Assembly: GCA_947589705.1 (NCBI GenBank)
Contig: CANQCO010000001.1
Coordinates: 1-58,973 of the forward strand
Length of the DNA stretch: 58,973 nt
Direction of reading: 5' to 3'
Origin: Candidatus Gastranaerophilales bacterium
Lineage (GTDB): Bacteria > Cyanobacteriota > Vampirovibrionia > Gastranaerophilales > Gastranaerophilaceae
Shown here: piece by piece, positions 18,062 through 26,835 of the stretch
Numbering within the stretch: position 1 is the first letter of the stretch
Layout: every line of letters starts with the position of its first letter
Position numbers and translations under genes: made by a program
Notes under the pieces: model-generated
Seen by the model: only the letters and a program-made list of their open reading frames with translations
The model's database searches: none
Told to the model about the DNA's origin: nothing

Positions 18062-18644
18062 TATTTTTCTCGATATATTCAGCAACTTTTAACGGTACAA
18101 GGTCAATTAAACTTTCATGGTTTTTTGCCTTTTCCCTTATAAGTGTAGCAGATATATCCCAAAATGGCATATCCGTTAAAATATAATTATAACCTTTTTC
18201 TTTTAAGTTTATAAATTGGGTTTCATCAAAATTATTATGGCGTTTAAAAAGGATAAAATTAACAAGGTCTTTGAGTTCTTGCGACCTATACCATGATTCA
18301 ATGTGGATAAAGGCATCCGTACCTATAATAAAATTAATTTTTTCGGTATTTCCCGTTATTTGATTAATTTGAGTAATTGTATCAAAGGTATATGAGGGCT
18401 TATTTCTGGTATATTCAATAGCTGAAAAATTAAAGTAGGGTATATCTTTAACTGCGAGTTCCACCATATTAAGCCTATGTATTGCATTATCGGAATCAAA
18501 CTCAGCAGAATCTTTATGAGGAGGCTTAAAGGCAGGTATAAACATAATTTCATCCATATTTAATTTGTCATGCACATATTCAGCCGCCTTAAGATGTGCA
18601 TTGTGAATGGGATTAAATGACCCTTGAAATAGACATATACTCAT
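18045..18644 (-). CDS. nadD: nicotinate-nucleotide adenylyltransferase
   Basis: N-terminal GSFNPIHNAHL nucleotidyltransferase motif, 199 aa, ISAT.IR near the C-terminus, followed by yqeK. Confidence 0.85.
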   Translation of the reverse strand: MSICLFQGSFNPIHNAHLKAAEYVHDKLNMDEIMFIPAFKPPHKDSAEFDSDNAIHRLNMVELAVKDIPYFNFSAIEYTRNKPSYTFDTITQINQITGNTEKINFIIGTDAFIHIESWYRSQELKDLVNFILFKRHNNFDETQFINLKEKGYNYILTDMPFWDISATLIREKAKNHESLIDLVPLKVAEYIEKNNVYKI

Positions 18645-18655
18645 AAACTACCTGT

Positions 18656-19516
18656 TTAAAAATGTATTTGATTAATAATTGAAAGAATTTTACCGACAAA
18701 AATTTTATAACCTTCTCTTTCAGCTTCACCTGAAAGAACAATATCCGCTATATTTTTGCATGGTCTTATATGGATTTGCGCTTTGTTTGAAGCATTTTGA
18801 TATATATTTTCGGCGCCCGAGCCCAGTCCCCTTTCATTTGCCCTTATGAAAAATCTCTTTTTTTGAATATCGGAATCTATATCAACATAAACTTTAAAGT
18901 CAAAAGCATTTCTGATTTTATCCGTGAGGGTAAAAAGACCTTCTGAAATAATAATTTTAGACGGTTCTGCCTTTGTATAATTATCCCATCTTATTGTAGT
19001 CCCTGACATATCGTACTTGGGAAGCATAACGGTTTCGCCTGAAAGCAGTTTATTAATGTGCTTATACATTAAATCAAGCTCTAAGGCTTCAGGCACGTCG
19101 AAGTCGTAATTTTTTGCAAATTCACCTATTCCGCCTGCTTTTTTGACTTCTTCCGATCTGTCATAATAGTAATCATCAGTATTAACTCTGGTTATTACTT
19201 TTTTAAGATTATGTACTTTTGAAAACTGTTCTATCTCATCAATAATATCAAGAGTAATTGTAGATTTACCGCTTGCGGTTTCACCTGCTATTCCTATTGA
19301 GGCAGAGCGTTTTATGTTTCCGCTTATAAATTTAGCAAGTTTATATATAACTTCATTTTTATAATCAACGACAACTCCAAAGGGATTGTTTATTTCTTCT
19401 TCAAATATTTTAAAGAGCTGACTTTCTATTTTATTTAAATCTACAAAGGGAGAAGAAACATATTGCTCTTCAAAAGTTTTTACTTTAGCATTATTTAGGC
19501 TGATTAGAGCTGTCAC
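18656..19516 (-). CDS. uridine kinase / phosphoribulokinase-family P-loop kinase with about 70-aa N-terminal extension
   Basis: Walker A IGIAGETASGKST, followed by a D.YY and ...IISEGLF layout typical of Udk/PRK-family kinases. Confidence 0.5.
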   Translation of the reverse strand: MTALISLNNAKVKTFEEQYVSSPFVDLNKIESQLFKIFEEEINNPFGVVVDYKNEVIYKLAKFISGNIKRSASIGIAGETASGKSTITLDIIDEIEQFSKVHNLKKVITRVNTDDYYYDRSEEVKKAGGIGEFAKNYDFDVPEALELDLMYKHINKLLSGETVMLPKYDMSGTTIRWDNYTKAEPSKIIISEGLFTLTDKIRNAFDFKVYVDIDSDIQKKRFFIRANERGLGSGAENIYQNASNKAQIHIRPCKNIADIVLSGEAEREGYKIFVGKILSIINQIHF

Positions 19517-19621
19517 AATTATTTCCTTAGCTTAAATCTTTTTTGACTATACCAAAATCAAATACAAAACAAAATATTTTTATTCAATTTGTAAAGATTA
19601 TATCAGTAATTTTTACAAAAA

Positions 19622-20563
19622 TTACAATTTATTTTGAGGCATAAAGCAACTCATATACATAGAAAAAAAAGTTAATAAACATTGTTGTTGTCCTTCTTCA
19701 GAAATACCTTTATTTTTTAATGCTTCAATATATTTTTTTGAGATGGAGTCTATGTCTTTTATTACGGATTGTTTCTGTTCTTCGCTAATTTTATATTCTG
19801 AATTAATATATGTTGGAATATATCGTATGTTTGTTAGTGCAAAAAGTAAACCACCCCAATTAATAGAACTTGGAAATTTAACCATATCAGTTAATTTAAG
19901 AGTTTTAGTTTCTTTATCAACCATTATATTATTGGAATTTATATAATCAAAAAAATAACCGCATTTTGCTGCTTCTTTAATATCATCTATTAATTTTTCA
20001 TAAGTACTGACCGGAAAAGAAGCCAGCATTGAAAGAAAATTCTCATATTTTTTTTTCATTTCTTTGGAAGAATAAAATGAATATAATTTAAAATCATCAT
20101 CGAAAAATTGTTCATATACTTCTATAGGGGCAATTCCTATAGATTCACCTTTTTGTTTTTTTAGTATAGAAATAGAAGAACAATCATTAGTCGTATTAAA
20201 ATTAATTTTAGCTACTTCTTGTCCTATATTTATTTTTAAGTTCTTGTCTTCAACATCTTCAATACTATAATTTTCTATATTGACTTCATTTATATTAAAA
20301 TCAACAGGAACTCTTAAAACATAATCATTGCAATGCGGGATAGAGTATACTTTATGAAAGAGCCCTCTGCCTATTTCATTTTTTGAACAAGACAATGTGT
20401 TTTTTAATTCTAATTGAATAAACTTTGAAGTATTTAACCAATTTACAGCTTTTGACGAAGAACAAACCTTCTTTTCAAAAATATCACCTTGGAAAGAGAT
20501 ATTTTTCTTTGCAATTGAAAAATTTCTCATTTTAACTGCGGGAGCTATAGGAGAAATTTTCAT
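19622..20563 (-). CDS. atypical protein-kinase-like fold protein, paralog B
   Basis: Paralog of 20565-21584 along its full length. Gly-rich loop IGRGLFHKVYSIP, then YVLRVP, then GYFFDYINSNNIMVD...LKLTDM (catalytic D/N and metal-binding D equivalents). Start moved to ATG 20563 (MKISPIAP), 1 nt after the upstream stop. The ORF-track extension to 20647 overlaps the neighbour. Confidence 0.5.
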   Translation of the reverse strand: MKISPIAPAVKMRNFSIAKKNISFQGDIFEKKVCSSSKAVNWLNTSKFIQLELKNTLSCSKNEIGRGLFHKVYSIPHCNDYVLRVPVDFNINEVNIENYSIEDVEDKNLKINIGQEVAKINFNTTNDCSSISILKKQKGESIGIAPIEVYEQFFDDDFKLYSFYSSKEMKKKYENFLSMLASFPVSTYEKLIDDIKEAAKCGYFFDYINSNNIMVDKETKTLKLTDMVKFPSSINWGGLLFALTNIRYIPTYINSEYKISEEQKQSVIKDIDSISKKYIEALKNKGISEEGQQQCLLTFFSMYMSCFMPQNKL

Positions 20564-20564
20564 A

Positions 20565-21584
20565 TTATTCAACGATTCCCATTTCTTGAAGTTTTTGCCA
20601 TTTTTTATTGTCATCCGTACTATTACAATAAAAACAAAACGGCACACTTAAAAATAATTTCATAAATTCATAAGTACAGCTATCTTTGTCAATTTTTAGA
20701 CCTTTATTTTTCATAGCCTGCATATATCTATCAATAATGGTAATGGTATTTTCTATAGCCTGATATTTTTCATCGTCAGTAACTTTATAACCAAAATTAC
20801 CGGAATAAGTAGTATTATAATTGATATTGGAAAGGGCATAAAGTACATTACCATAATTTAAATATCCGCTATTTTTATCCATATCAATTAAACCAATAGT
20901 TTTACTATTTTCATCATACATAAGATTATTGGAATTTAAGTAGTCAAAATAATAACCCAACTCATTAGTATGTTTAAGATCATCAAGAAGTTTTTCATAA
21001 GCACTTACGGGCATATTAGCAAGTGCTTTTATTGAAGCGGCATACTTATCTTTATTTATTTTTGAATCATATTCCGCCTCACCTTCTTTTAATTGCCCTG
21101 ATTCATAGGATATGGCTTCAAAAGGAGGCACTCCTACGGGTTTCCCGTGTTGTTTTCTTAATAAGGAAACTAGAGATTCATTTCCATTATTATCTAAAAA
21201 TATAATTTGAGCAGCTTCCTGCCCTATGTTAACCTTTAAATTTTTATCTAGTGTATCTTTTATTTTATATTTATTTATATCTATTTTATTTAAATCAAAA
21301 TGGTTAGAAGTCCTTAATACGTAATCTTCATTACCGGGAATAGAATAAACACAATGATGAAAACCTTGTCCTATTTTGTTATTGCTGTCAGAAAGTATTT
21401 TGCATAATTCTTGTTTAATAAAATTTGAATTTTCCAGCCAATTAATAGCGGGATTTTCCGCTTGAACTTTATATTCGGTTCTTTCAAATGTATCAGATTG
21501 TATTACACTGTTAGTCAATGCTTCATTTAGTTTTTTATTTGCTTTAAATGAATAGTTTATTGGTGATATTGAATTTATTATCAT
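20565..21584 (-). CDS. atypical protein-kinase-like fold protein, paralog A
   Basis: IGQGFHHCVYSIPG..DYVLRTS, then GYYFDYLNSNNLMYDENSKTIGLIDMD, resembling the APH/choline-kinase Brenner motif (D....N ... D). 339 aa. Confidence 0.5.
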   Translation of the reverse strand: MIINSISPINYSFKANKKLNEALTNSVIQSDTFERTEYKVQAENPAINWLENSNFIKQELCKILSDSNNKIGQGFHHCVYSIPGNEDYVLRTSNHFDLNKIDINKYKIKDTLDKNLKVNIGQEAAQIIFLDNNGNESLVSLLRKQHGKPVGVPPFEAISYESGQLKEGEAEYDSKINKDKYAASIKALANMPVSAYEKLLDDLKHTNELGYYFDYLNSNNLMYDENSKTIGLIDMDKNSGYLNYGNVLYALSNINYNTTYSGNFGYKVTDDEKYQAIENTITIIDRYMQAMKNKGLKIDKDSCTYEFMKLFLSVPFCFYCNSTDDNKKWQKLQEMGIVE

Positions 21585-21626
21585 ATTAATTCCTTTTATT
21601 CTTTTAATTCCTATGAATTTTTTTTA

Positions 21627-21654
21627 TTGATAAATCTTAATATTCTTTTATCAA
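21627..21654. promoter_or_regulatory. 8-bp perfect inverted repeat TTGATAAA-N12-TTTATCAA in a divergent intergenic region (candidate operator)
   Basis: TTGATAAA at 21627-21634 and its reverse complement at 21647-21654, between the kinase-like gene (-) and the 88-aa ORF (+). AT-rich, so a chance match is possible. Confidence 0.25.
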
Positions 21655-21673
21655 AAGTTTACATAAACATTAA

Positions 21674-21702
21674 TTGACTTAAAATGATAAAATCATTATC
21701 AT
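21674..21702 (+). promoter_or_regulatory. sigma-70-type promoter for the 88-aa ORF
   Basis: TTGACT (21674-21679), 17-nt spacer, TATCAT (21697-21702). GGAGAG SD just before ATG 21728. Confidence 0.4.
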
Positions 21703-21727
21703 GTTATAGAGAAAGACGGAGAGATAC

Positions 21728-21994
21728 ATGAGATTGGCAGACAAACTTAAAATATTTGAAAGACAACTTGTTTTTATGAAATGGGGAACAAGTGAAAGTT
21801 ACGGCAGAATAAATTACGTTGGTTTTGATTTTGTTGAGTTTGAAATTTTTGATACAGAAGAACTTGAATATACTGACAAAATTTTAATAAATGTCCAGTT
21901 AATATTGGAAGTTGTTATAAAAGGTTCAGATATTGCAAGAATTTTAGCAGAATATTCTGCGTCTTTACCTGACCATAATAAAGATAATGTATAG
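21728..21994 (+). CDS. small hypothetical protein (88 aa), possibly Sm/DUF2642-like
   Basis: Good SD and promoter. The pattern G.I..VGFDFVEF resembles small Lsm-like DUF2642 proteins. This is a weak call. Confidence 0.35.
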   Translation: MRLADKLKIFERQLVFMKWGTSESYGRINYVGFDFVEFEIFDTEELEYTDKILINVQLILEVVIKGSDIARILAEYSASLPDHNKDNV

Positions 21995-21999
21995 ACGGT

Positions 22000-22674
22000 T
22001 TAAGGCTGTTCTTTAAAGTTGGGAAACATATTTAATGTACCGTCGTCATTTCTCCAATTAAACCAGCCGACTTTTGCCTGTTTTGTCATATCATTAGCGC
22101 TTGCCAAAAGCCAATTACCTCTTATAACCGTAAAGGATATAAATTTAGGATATGATAATTGTTCTAAAACTTGTGAAGATTTATCTTCTTTAGCATATAA
22201 TACTTTTTCTTCTTTAGGTAAATCATTAAATAATCTGATTCCGTATTTTTTACCCCATTTATAAAACATACGTCTGTATGTATAGAAATCAGATTTATTA
22301 TCATTGTAGACCCAGCCCGTTTCCCCTGTAGTTTGGTCTAAAAATACACAATACCAATCATTACCCGGGTTTAAATCAACAGTGAGTAAAGCAACATCAC
22401 TATCCGGAACATAAGCTACATAAGAAACTTTTCGCATATCAACCGAATTTACTATAGCCGATTTTTTAAGCCCGTCATAATTTACTTCTCTTATAATTTT
22501 TGAATCTGTATACGGATATTTATAAACAACATAGCTTTTAGGCATATTTAAAACGCCGATACCATAATATTTAATACTCTTTGTACTCAAAGGAATTATA
22601 TCCGCTTTAGCCGGCATAAAAAATAATGTGAATATAAAAAATATTAACAATAAAATTAACTTTTTCATATTCAC
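22000..22674 (-). CDS. secreted hypothetical protein with Sec signal peptide
   Basis: N-terminus MNMKKLILLLIFFIFTLFFMPAKA-D (n-h-c regions, AxA-type cleavage site). Trp/Tyr-rich mature part. Confidence 0.5.
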   Translation of the reverse strand: MNMKKLILLLIFFIFTLFFMPAKADIIPLSTKSIKYYGIGVLNMPKSYVVYKYPYTDSKIIREVNYDGLKKSAIVNSVDMRKVSYVAYVPDSDVALLTVDLNPGNDWYCVFLDQTTGETGWVYNDNKSDFYTYRRMFYKWGKKYGIRLFNDLPKEEKVLYAKEDKSSQVLEQLSYPKFISFTVIRGNWLLASANDMTKQAKVGWFNWRNDDGTLNMFPNFKEQP

Positions 22675-22699
22675 ATTATAGCAGTGTTTTATATAAAGT

Positions 22700-24481
22700 C
22701 TATAAGTTTAAATCCTGAGATTTAGAATGAATTTTATTTAATGCTTTTTGAACAAAGTCGTCAACATTCATTGTTCCTGCTTCACCTATACCTCTGATTC
22801 TTACTGCAACTTTATTATCATCTATTTCTTTATCACCCATAACAAGTACATAAGGAATTTTATTACCTTGCAGTGCTTCTCTTATTTTATATCCCATACT
22901 TTCAGAGCGGTCATCAAGTTTAACTCTTATACCTGCGGCAAACAGTTTATCATAAACCTGTTTTGCGTAATCATTATGGCGCTCGGAAATCGGAACTACG
23001 CAGACTTGAACAGGGGCAAGCCACATCGGGAAGGCACCTGCATAGTGTTCAATCAAAATACCGTGGAAACGTTCCATAGAACCGAATATTACTCTGTGCA
23101 GCATAACGGGTGTTTTCATCTGTCCGTCTTTATCCTGATATTTAATTTCAAATCTTTCGGGAAGATTAAAGTCTAACTGGATTGTAGCACACTGCCAGGT
23201 TCTTCCTATTGCGTCTTTAACCTTGAAATCAATTTTAGGTCCGTAAAATGCTCCGTCACCTTCATTGATTTCATATTTCATTCCACGTTTATCCATGGCT
23301 TCCTTCAGCCCTGCTTCAGCAAGCTCCCAATTTTTAAGGTCGCCTACGTAGCTTTCGGGCCTTGTTGAAAGCTCTACTTCAAATTCCATATTGAAGATTT
23401 TCATTGTATCAGCTACAAAGTCAATAATATTATTTATTTCATCGACTAATTGCTCGGGGGTGCAAAATATATGAGCATCATCCTGAGTAAAACCTTGTAC
23501 ACGTGTTAAACCTGATAAAGCACCCGATTTTTCTTTTCTGTATACGGTTCCGAGTTCCGCCATTCTTAAAGGCAATGAACGGTATGAGTATCTGTTAGCC
23601 TGATAAATCATTATATGGAAAGGACAGTTCATAGGTTTAACTATATACTGTTCATCCTCTTCATTCTCTTTTTGAATAAAGAACATATTTTCTCTGTAGT
23701 GGTCGATGTGTCCAGATAGCTCCCATAATTTTGATTTAGCGATTTGGGGAGTATGAACAATAACATAACCTCTTTTTCTGTGCTCCGTTCTCCAATAATT
23801 TTCAATTTCTTCACGAACAACAGCTAAATTCGGATGCCACAATACAAGCCCTCCGCCTATTTCATCTCTGACAGAGAATAAATCAAGCTGAGTTCCGAGT
23901 TTTCTGTGGTCTCTTTTTTGAGCTTCTTCCAAGAAATTTAAGTATTTATCCAAATCTTCTTTTGTCCAAAATGCCGTTGCATAGATTCTTTGAAGCATTT
24001 TGTTCTTTTCGTTGCCTCTCCAGTATGCCCCTGCTACTTTTAACAGTTTTATTGCGTTACCTTTAATATATGTTGTATTTGGGAGGTGAGGACCTGAGCA
24101 AAGGTCATTAAATAATACTTTTCCGTCTTTATCTTTTGTTAAATACAGTGTAGGATTATCATTTTTGTGTTCTTCAAGCAATTCGGCTTTATATATTTCA
24201 CCTTGTGCTTTAAATTCATCTATTTGTTTTTGAACATCGGGAATTTGATATTTTTCAAATGTCAAATTTTGTTTAACGATATTTTTCATCTCGTTTTCAA
24301 TATTAACAAGGTCTTCGTCTGTAAAAGAGTGGCCTTCCAAGTCAAAATCATAATAAAATCCGTTATCAATAGCGGGACCTATTGCAAGTTTGGCATTCGG
24401 AAACAAATTTTGTACTGCTTGAGCCATAATATGTGAGGCTGAATGCCTTAGTATATGAAGTGTTTCATTATTCTTTTCCAT
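22700..24481 (-). CDS. thrS: threonyl-tRNA synthetase lacking the N-terminal TGS domain
   Basis: Begins at the editing domain (LRHSASHIMAQAV HxxxH motif). Class II core (FRDE-like R.E..G.L.GL.RV..FTQDDAHIF) and C-terminal anticodon-binding domain. 593 aa. Confidence 0.9.
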   Translation of the reverse strand: MEKNNETLHILRHSASHIMAQAVQNLFPNAKLAIGPAIDNGFYYDFDLEGHSFTDEDLVNIENEMKNIVKQNLTFEKYQIPDVQKQIDEFKAQGEIYKAELLEEHKNDNPTLYLTKDKDGKVLFNDLCSGPHLPNTTYIKGNAIKLLKVAGAYWRGNEKNKMLQRIYATAFWTKEDLDKYLNFLEEAQKRDHRKLGTQLDLFSVRDEIGGGLVLWHPNLAVVREEIENYWRTEHRKRGYVIVHTPQIAKSKLWELSGHIDHYRENMFFIQKENEEDEQYIVKPMNCPFHIMIYQANRYSYRSLPLRMAELGTVYRKEKSGALSGLTRVQGFTQDDAHIFCTPEQLVDEINNIIDFVADTMKIFNMEFEVELSTRPESYVGDLKNWELAEAGLKEAMDKRGMKYEINEGDGAFYGPKIDFKVKDAIGRTWQCATIQLDFNLPERFEIKYQDKDGQMKTPVMLHRVIFGSMERFHGILIEHYAGAFPMWLAPVQVCVVPISERHNDYAKQVYDKLFAAGIRVKLDDRSESMGYKIREALQGNKIPYVLVMGDKEIDDNKVAVRIRGIGEAGTMNVDDFVQKALNKIHSKSQDLNL

Positions 24482-24541
24482 AATTATTCCTTTTTTTTGG
24501 ATGTTCTCATAAAATTATACACCAATCATAATTATTTTAAA

Positions 24542-25912
24542 TTATAAATTTATTTCAATCTCAAAAAAACGGTTCCAAGGGAAACTGTAGAAAGGGTTTA
24601 TATTTTCTGATTTTAATTTTTTTAGAATTTCTGTTTCAAATGGCTTTATGTTTGATTTTAGAATATCGGGAGATAAATTTTCACGTTTTTCTCTGATTTT
24701 ACCTCTTATATTAGCCTGATAAGCCCAGTCATCAAGGAATCTTATAATTTGAAGTTTTATAAATTCGTTTTTATTGGGATTTTTTGCTCTAAAATATGTC
24801 ATAGCACAGCTTATAGCGGAACCTAAAGTATTACCCGTTGTGTTCCAAGCGGCATAACCTAAAAAATTTTTCCAATCACCGATTTTAAAAAGCTTATTAA
24901 CAAAATTATTATCAGCTCCGTTGGCATTTAAAATATCCGCAATAAAATAAGGTTTATCAGGCAGTATTAAATCCCCTTCAAACAATGGTTCATACATATT
25001 CATGACAAGTTCACCCTGCTCATTTTTAAAATTATTAATAAGTAATATTAAATCAGTATTATTTTCATCAGATACAAAAGCGCCTGCAAGTTCAATTTGG
25101 GCTTCAACAGATTCTTTAACCGAAATATCTTCATACTTTGAAATTTTATTAATGCTGTCAGGATTCAAATAAACAGGGGCAATTTTGATTTTTTTATTAC
25201 TGTTAACGGCTCTGGTGAAAAGAACTAAAGGTATTTCATCTGCGCCTGTTTTAATAAAAATATTATCAATATTATAAGACAGCTTTTTAAGCTCCTGCGC
25301 TTCCATAACATTTAAGCCGAATTTTGCGCAATCATCTTTTGAAAATACTAATGTGTCCAAAATACCCTGTTTTTTTAGTTCTATATAATATTTGTTCAGG
25401 TTAAAATTACGGTTTCTTGTATTAAGGTAATCACTTAGAACCCAAGAAGGGATATCATTTGAAGTTTTATTACCTGTCTTGTGGTACTCATAAGAATACT
25501 TAAAGATTTTTTCCCCGTATAAACTCCAGTACTCTTTTTCTTCTTCATTGACATTATTATTTGAAATGCGCATAATACTTGAGAATGCAAATACTTTTAT
25601 ATTTTTTTCTTTTATTATTTGCACAAATTTATCAATACGTGATTTAACGATATCAAAAGAGTCAGTGCTTCTTCTTGAAGGAATAAGCCCTCCATAAGCT
25701 ATAGTATCTAAAGAAACTATTAAAAAATCAACATTTTCAAGAGATTCAATCCATTTAATTATACCGTTTATATCGGAATTTTTAGTTAATCCCCCCAATA
25801 AATCCTTAGGCGGCAGTGATAAATTTATATTTTTATCTGATAAAGCCGTTTGCTTAATTAAATCATAACACACAGGACGGTTATCAATAGGAATTACGGC
25901 TACATTATACAT
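24542..25912 (-). CDS. DUF4127-like protein (456 aa), function unknown
   Basis: N-terminal V.VIPIDNRPVCYD and SLDTIAYGGLIPSR blocks match my recollection of DUF4127. Begins 5 nt after the upstream WYL gene. Confidence 0.45.
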   Translation of the reverse strand: MYNVAVIPIDNRPVCYDLIKQTALSDKNINLSLPPKDLLGGLTKNSDINGIIKWIESLENVDFLIVSLDTIAYGGLIPSRRSTDSFDIVKSRIDKFVQIIKEKNIKVFAFSSIMRISNNNVNEEEKEYWSLYGEKIFKYSYEYHKTGNKTSNDIPSWVLSDYLNTRNRNFNLNKYYIELKKQGILDTLVFSKDDCAKFGLNVMEAQELKKLSYNIDNIFIKTGADEIPLVLFTRAVNSNKKIKIAPVYLNPDSINKISKYEDISVKESVEAQIELAGAFVSDENNTDLILLINNFKNEQGELVMNMYEPLFEGDLILPDKPYFIADILNANGADNNFVNKLFKIGDWKNFLGYAAWNTTGNTLGSAISCAMTYFRAKNPNKNEFIKLQIIRFLDDWAYQANIRGKIREKRENLSPDILKSNIKPFETEILKKLKSENINPFYSFPWNRFFEIEINL

Positions 25913-25917
25913 TGATT

Positions 25918-26835
25918 TTATTCCTCCTCAAGATTTTTGAGAACATCATCCGTTAAAGCAATAAATTCATCAATTGCATCTTTAGGTCTTTCTATTTTAC
26001 AATTTTCTCCGTATTTTAAGAGTCTTTTAAGTAAGCCTTCTCTGTCATTTCCGGAATTAGAAATAATTAAATATCCGTTTTCAAAATTAATCATTTTTTC
26101 GTCTTCTTTTATTTTATAAGCTTTAGCCAGCCTGCCGTATAGTTTAAATACAACAGAATTAGAGCATTCAACATTTTTTATTCTGGAGGGCATTTGTTTC
26201 AATGAAATAATAGAATTAAGATATATTTTTCTGTTTCTATGTTTTGATAAATCATAACATACAATCTGAAAATTCCCGTTTTTTTCTGTTATATGTTTAA
26301 GTTCAACGATAATAGTTTCAATTGTTTTGTTAGATTTTGAATATGTAAGTGAAATTTGCTGTCCGTCTGAAATAAGTTTTTCAATATTACTTATAAGGTT
26401 ATTATAATCATCAAGATTTTCGGCATTTTGATTTATAGCATTCAGAATTTCATTTTGGTTTTCTTCAGGAATGTATTTTAAAATTTTATAAAAGAAATTT
26501 CTTAATTGTGTTTCAATTTCAGTATTGTGAAGTATCCTTATATATTTAATGAATGAAATTAAGACATTTTTTTCTTCTTCAGTAAGATTAATTTTGTAAA
26601 AAGTATTTCTAAGTTTATAAATATTTTTACTTTTTTCAATTTTAAATCCTAAAATTTCCAAAGTATTAAAATATTTAATAAAAGCTTCTGCCGTATAAAT
26701 ATTTGCAAATAAAGAATTATCTTTAACTTCTTCCATAAGATCGGATTTAGATAAATCCTTGTCCAACAGAATTTTTAATATTTCAAAGATTCTTAAAGCT
26801 GTATCATAACTTTTCTCAGATTTAGTCATTAACAT
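25918..26835 (-). CDS. HTH-WYL-type transcriptional regulator (PafB/PafC-, BrxR/CapW-like architecture), copy 2
   Basis: N-terminal wHTH (ALRIFEILKILL....SKSDL). Central WYL-like segment NGNFQIVCYDLSKHRNRKIYLNSIISL. C-terminal LLKRLLKYGENCKIERP (WCX-like). Confidence 0.55.
   Translation of the reverse strand: MLMTKSEKSYDTALRIFEILKILLDKDLSKSDLMEEVKDNSLFANIYTAEAFIKYFNTLEILGFKIEKSKNIYKLRNTFYKINLTEEEKNVLISFIKYIRILHNTEIETQLRNFFYKILKYIPEENQNEILNAINQNAENLDDYNNLISNIEKLISDGQQISLTYSKSNKTIETIIVELKHITEKNGNFQIVCYDLSKHRNRKIYLNSIISLKQMPSRIKNVECSNSVVFKLYGRLAKAYKIKEDEKMINFENGYLIISNSGNDREGLLKRLLKYGENCKIERPKDAIDEFIALTDDVLKNLEEE

Noticed and set aside
20564-20647. N-terminal extension of the kinase-like paralog B as listed in the ORF track (start at 20647).
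   Set aside because: The extension overlaps the 3' end of paralog A by 83 nt. The paralog alignment begins at MKISPIAP (ATG 20563), 1 nt after the upstream stop.
24482-24541. T-box leaders upstream of thrS (24482-24541) and ileS (53191-53310).
   Set aside because: The leaders are only about 60 and about 120 nt long and AT-rich. I could find no specifier-loop or T-box (AGGGUGGNACCGCG-like) sequence.
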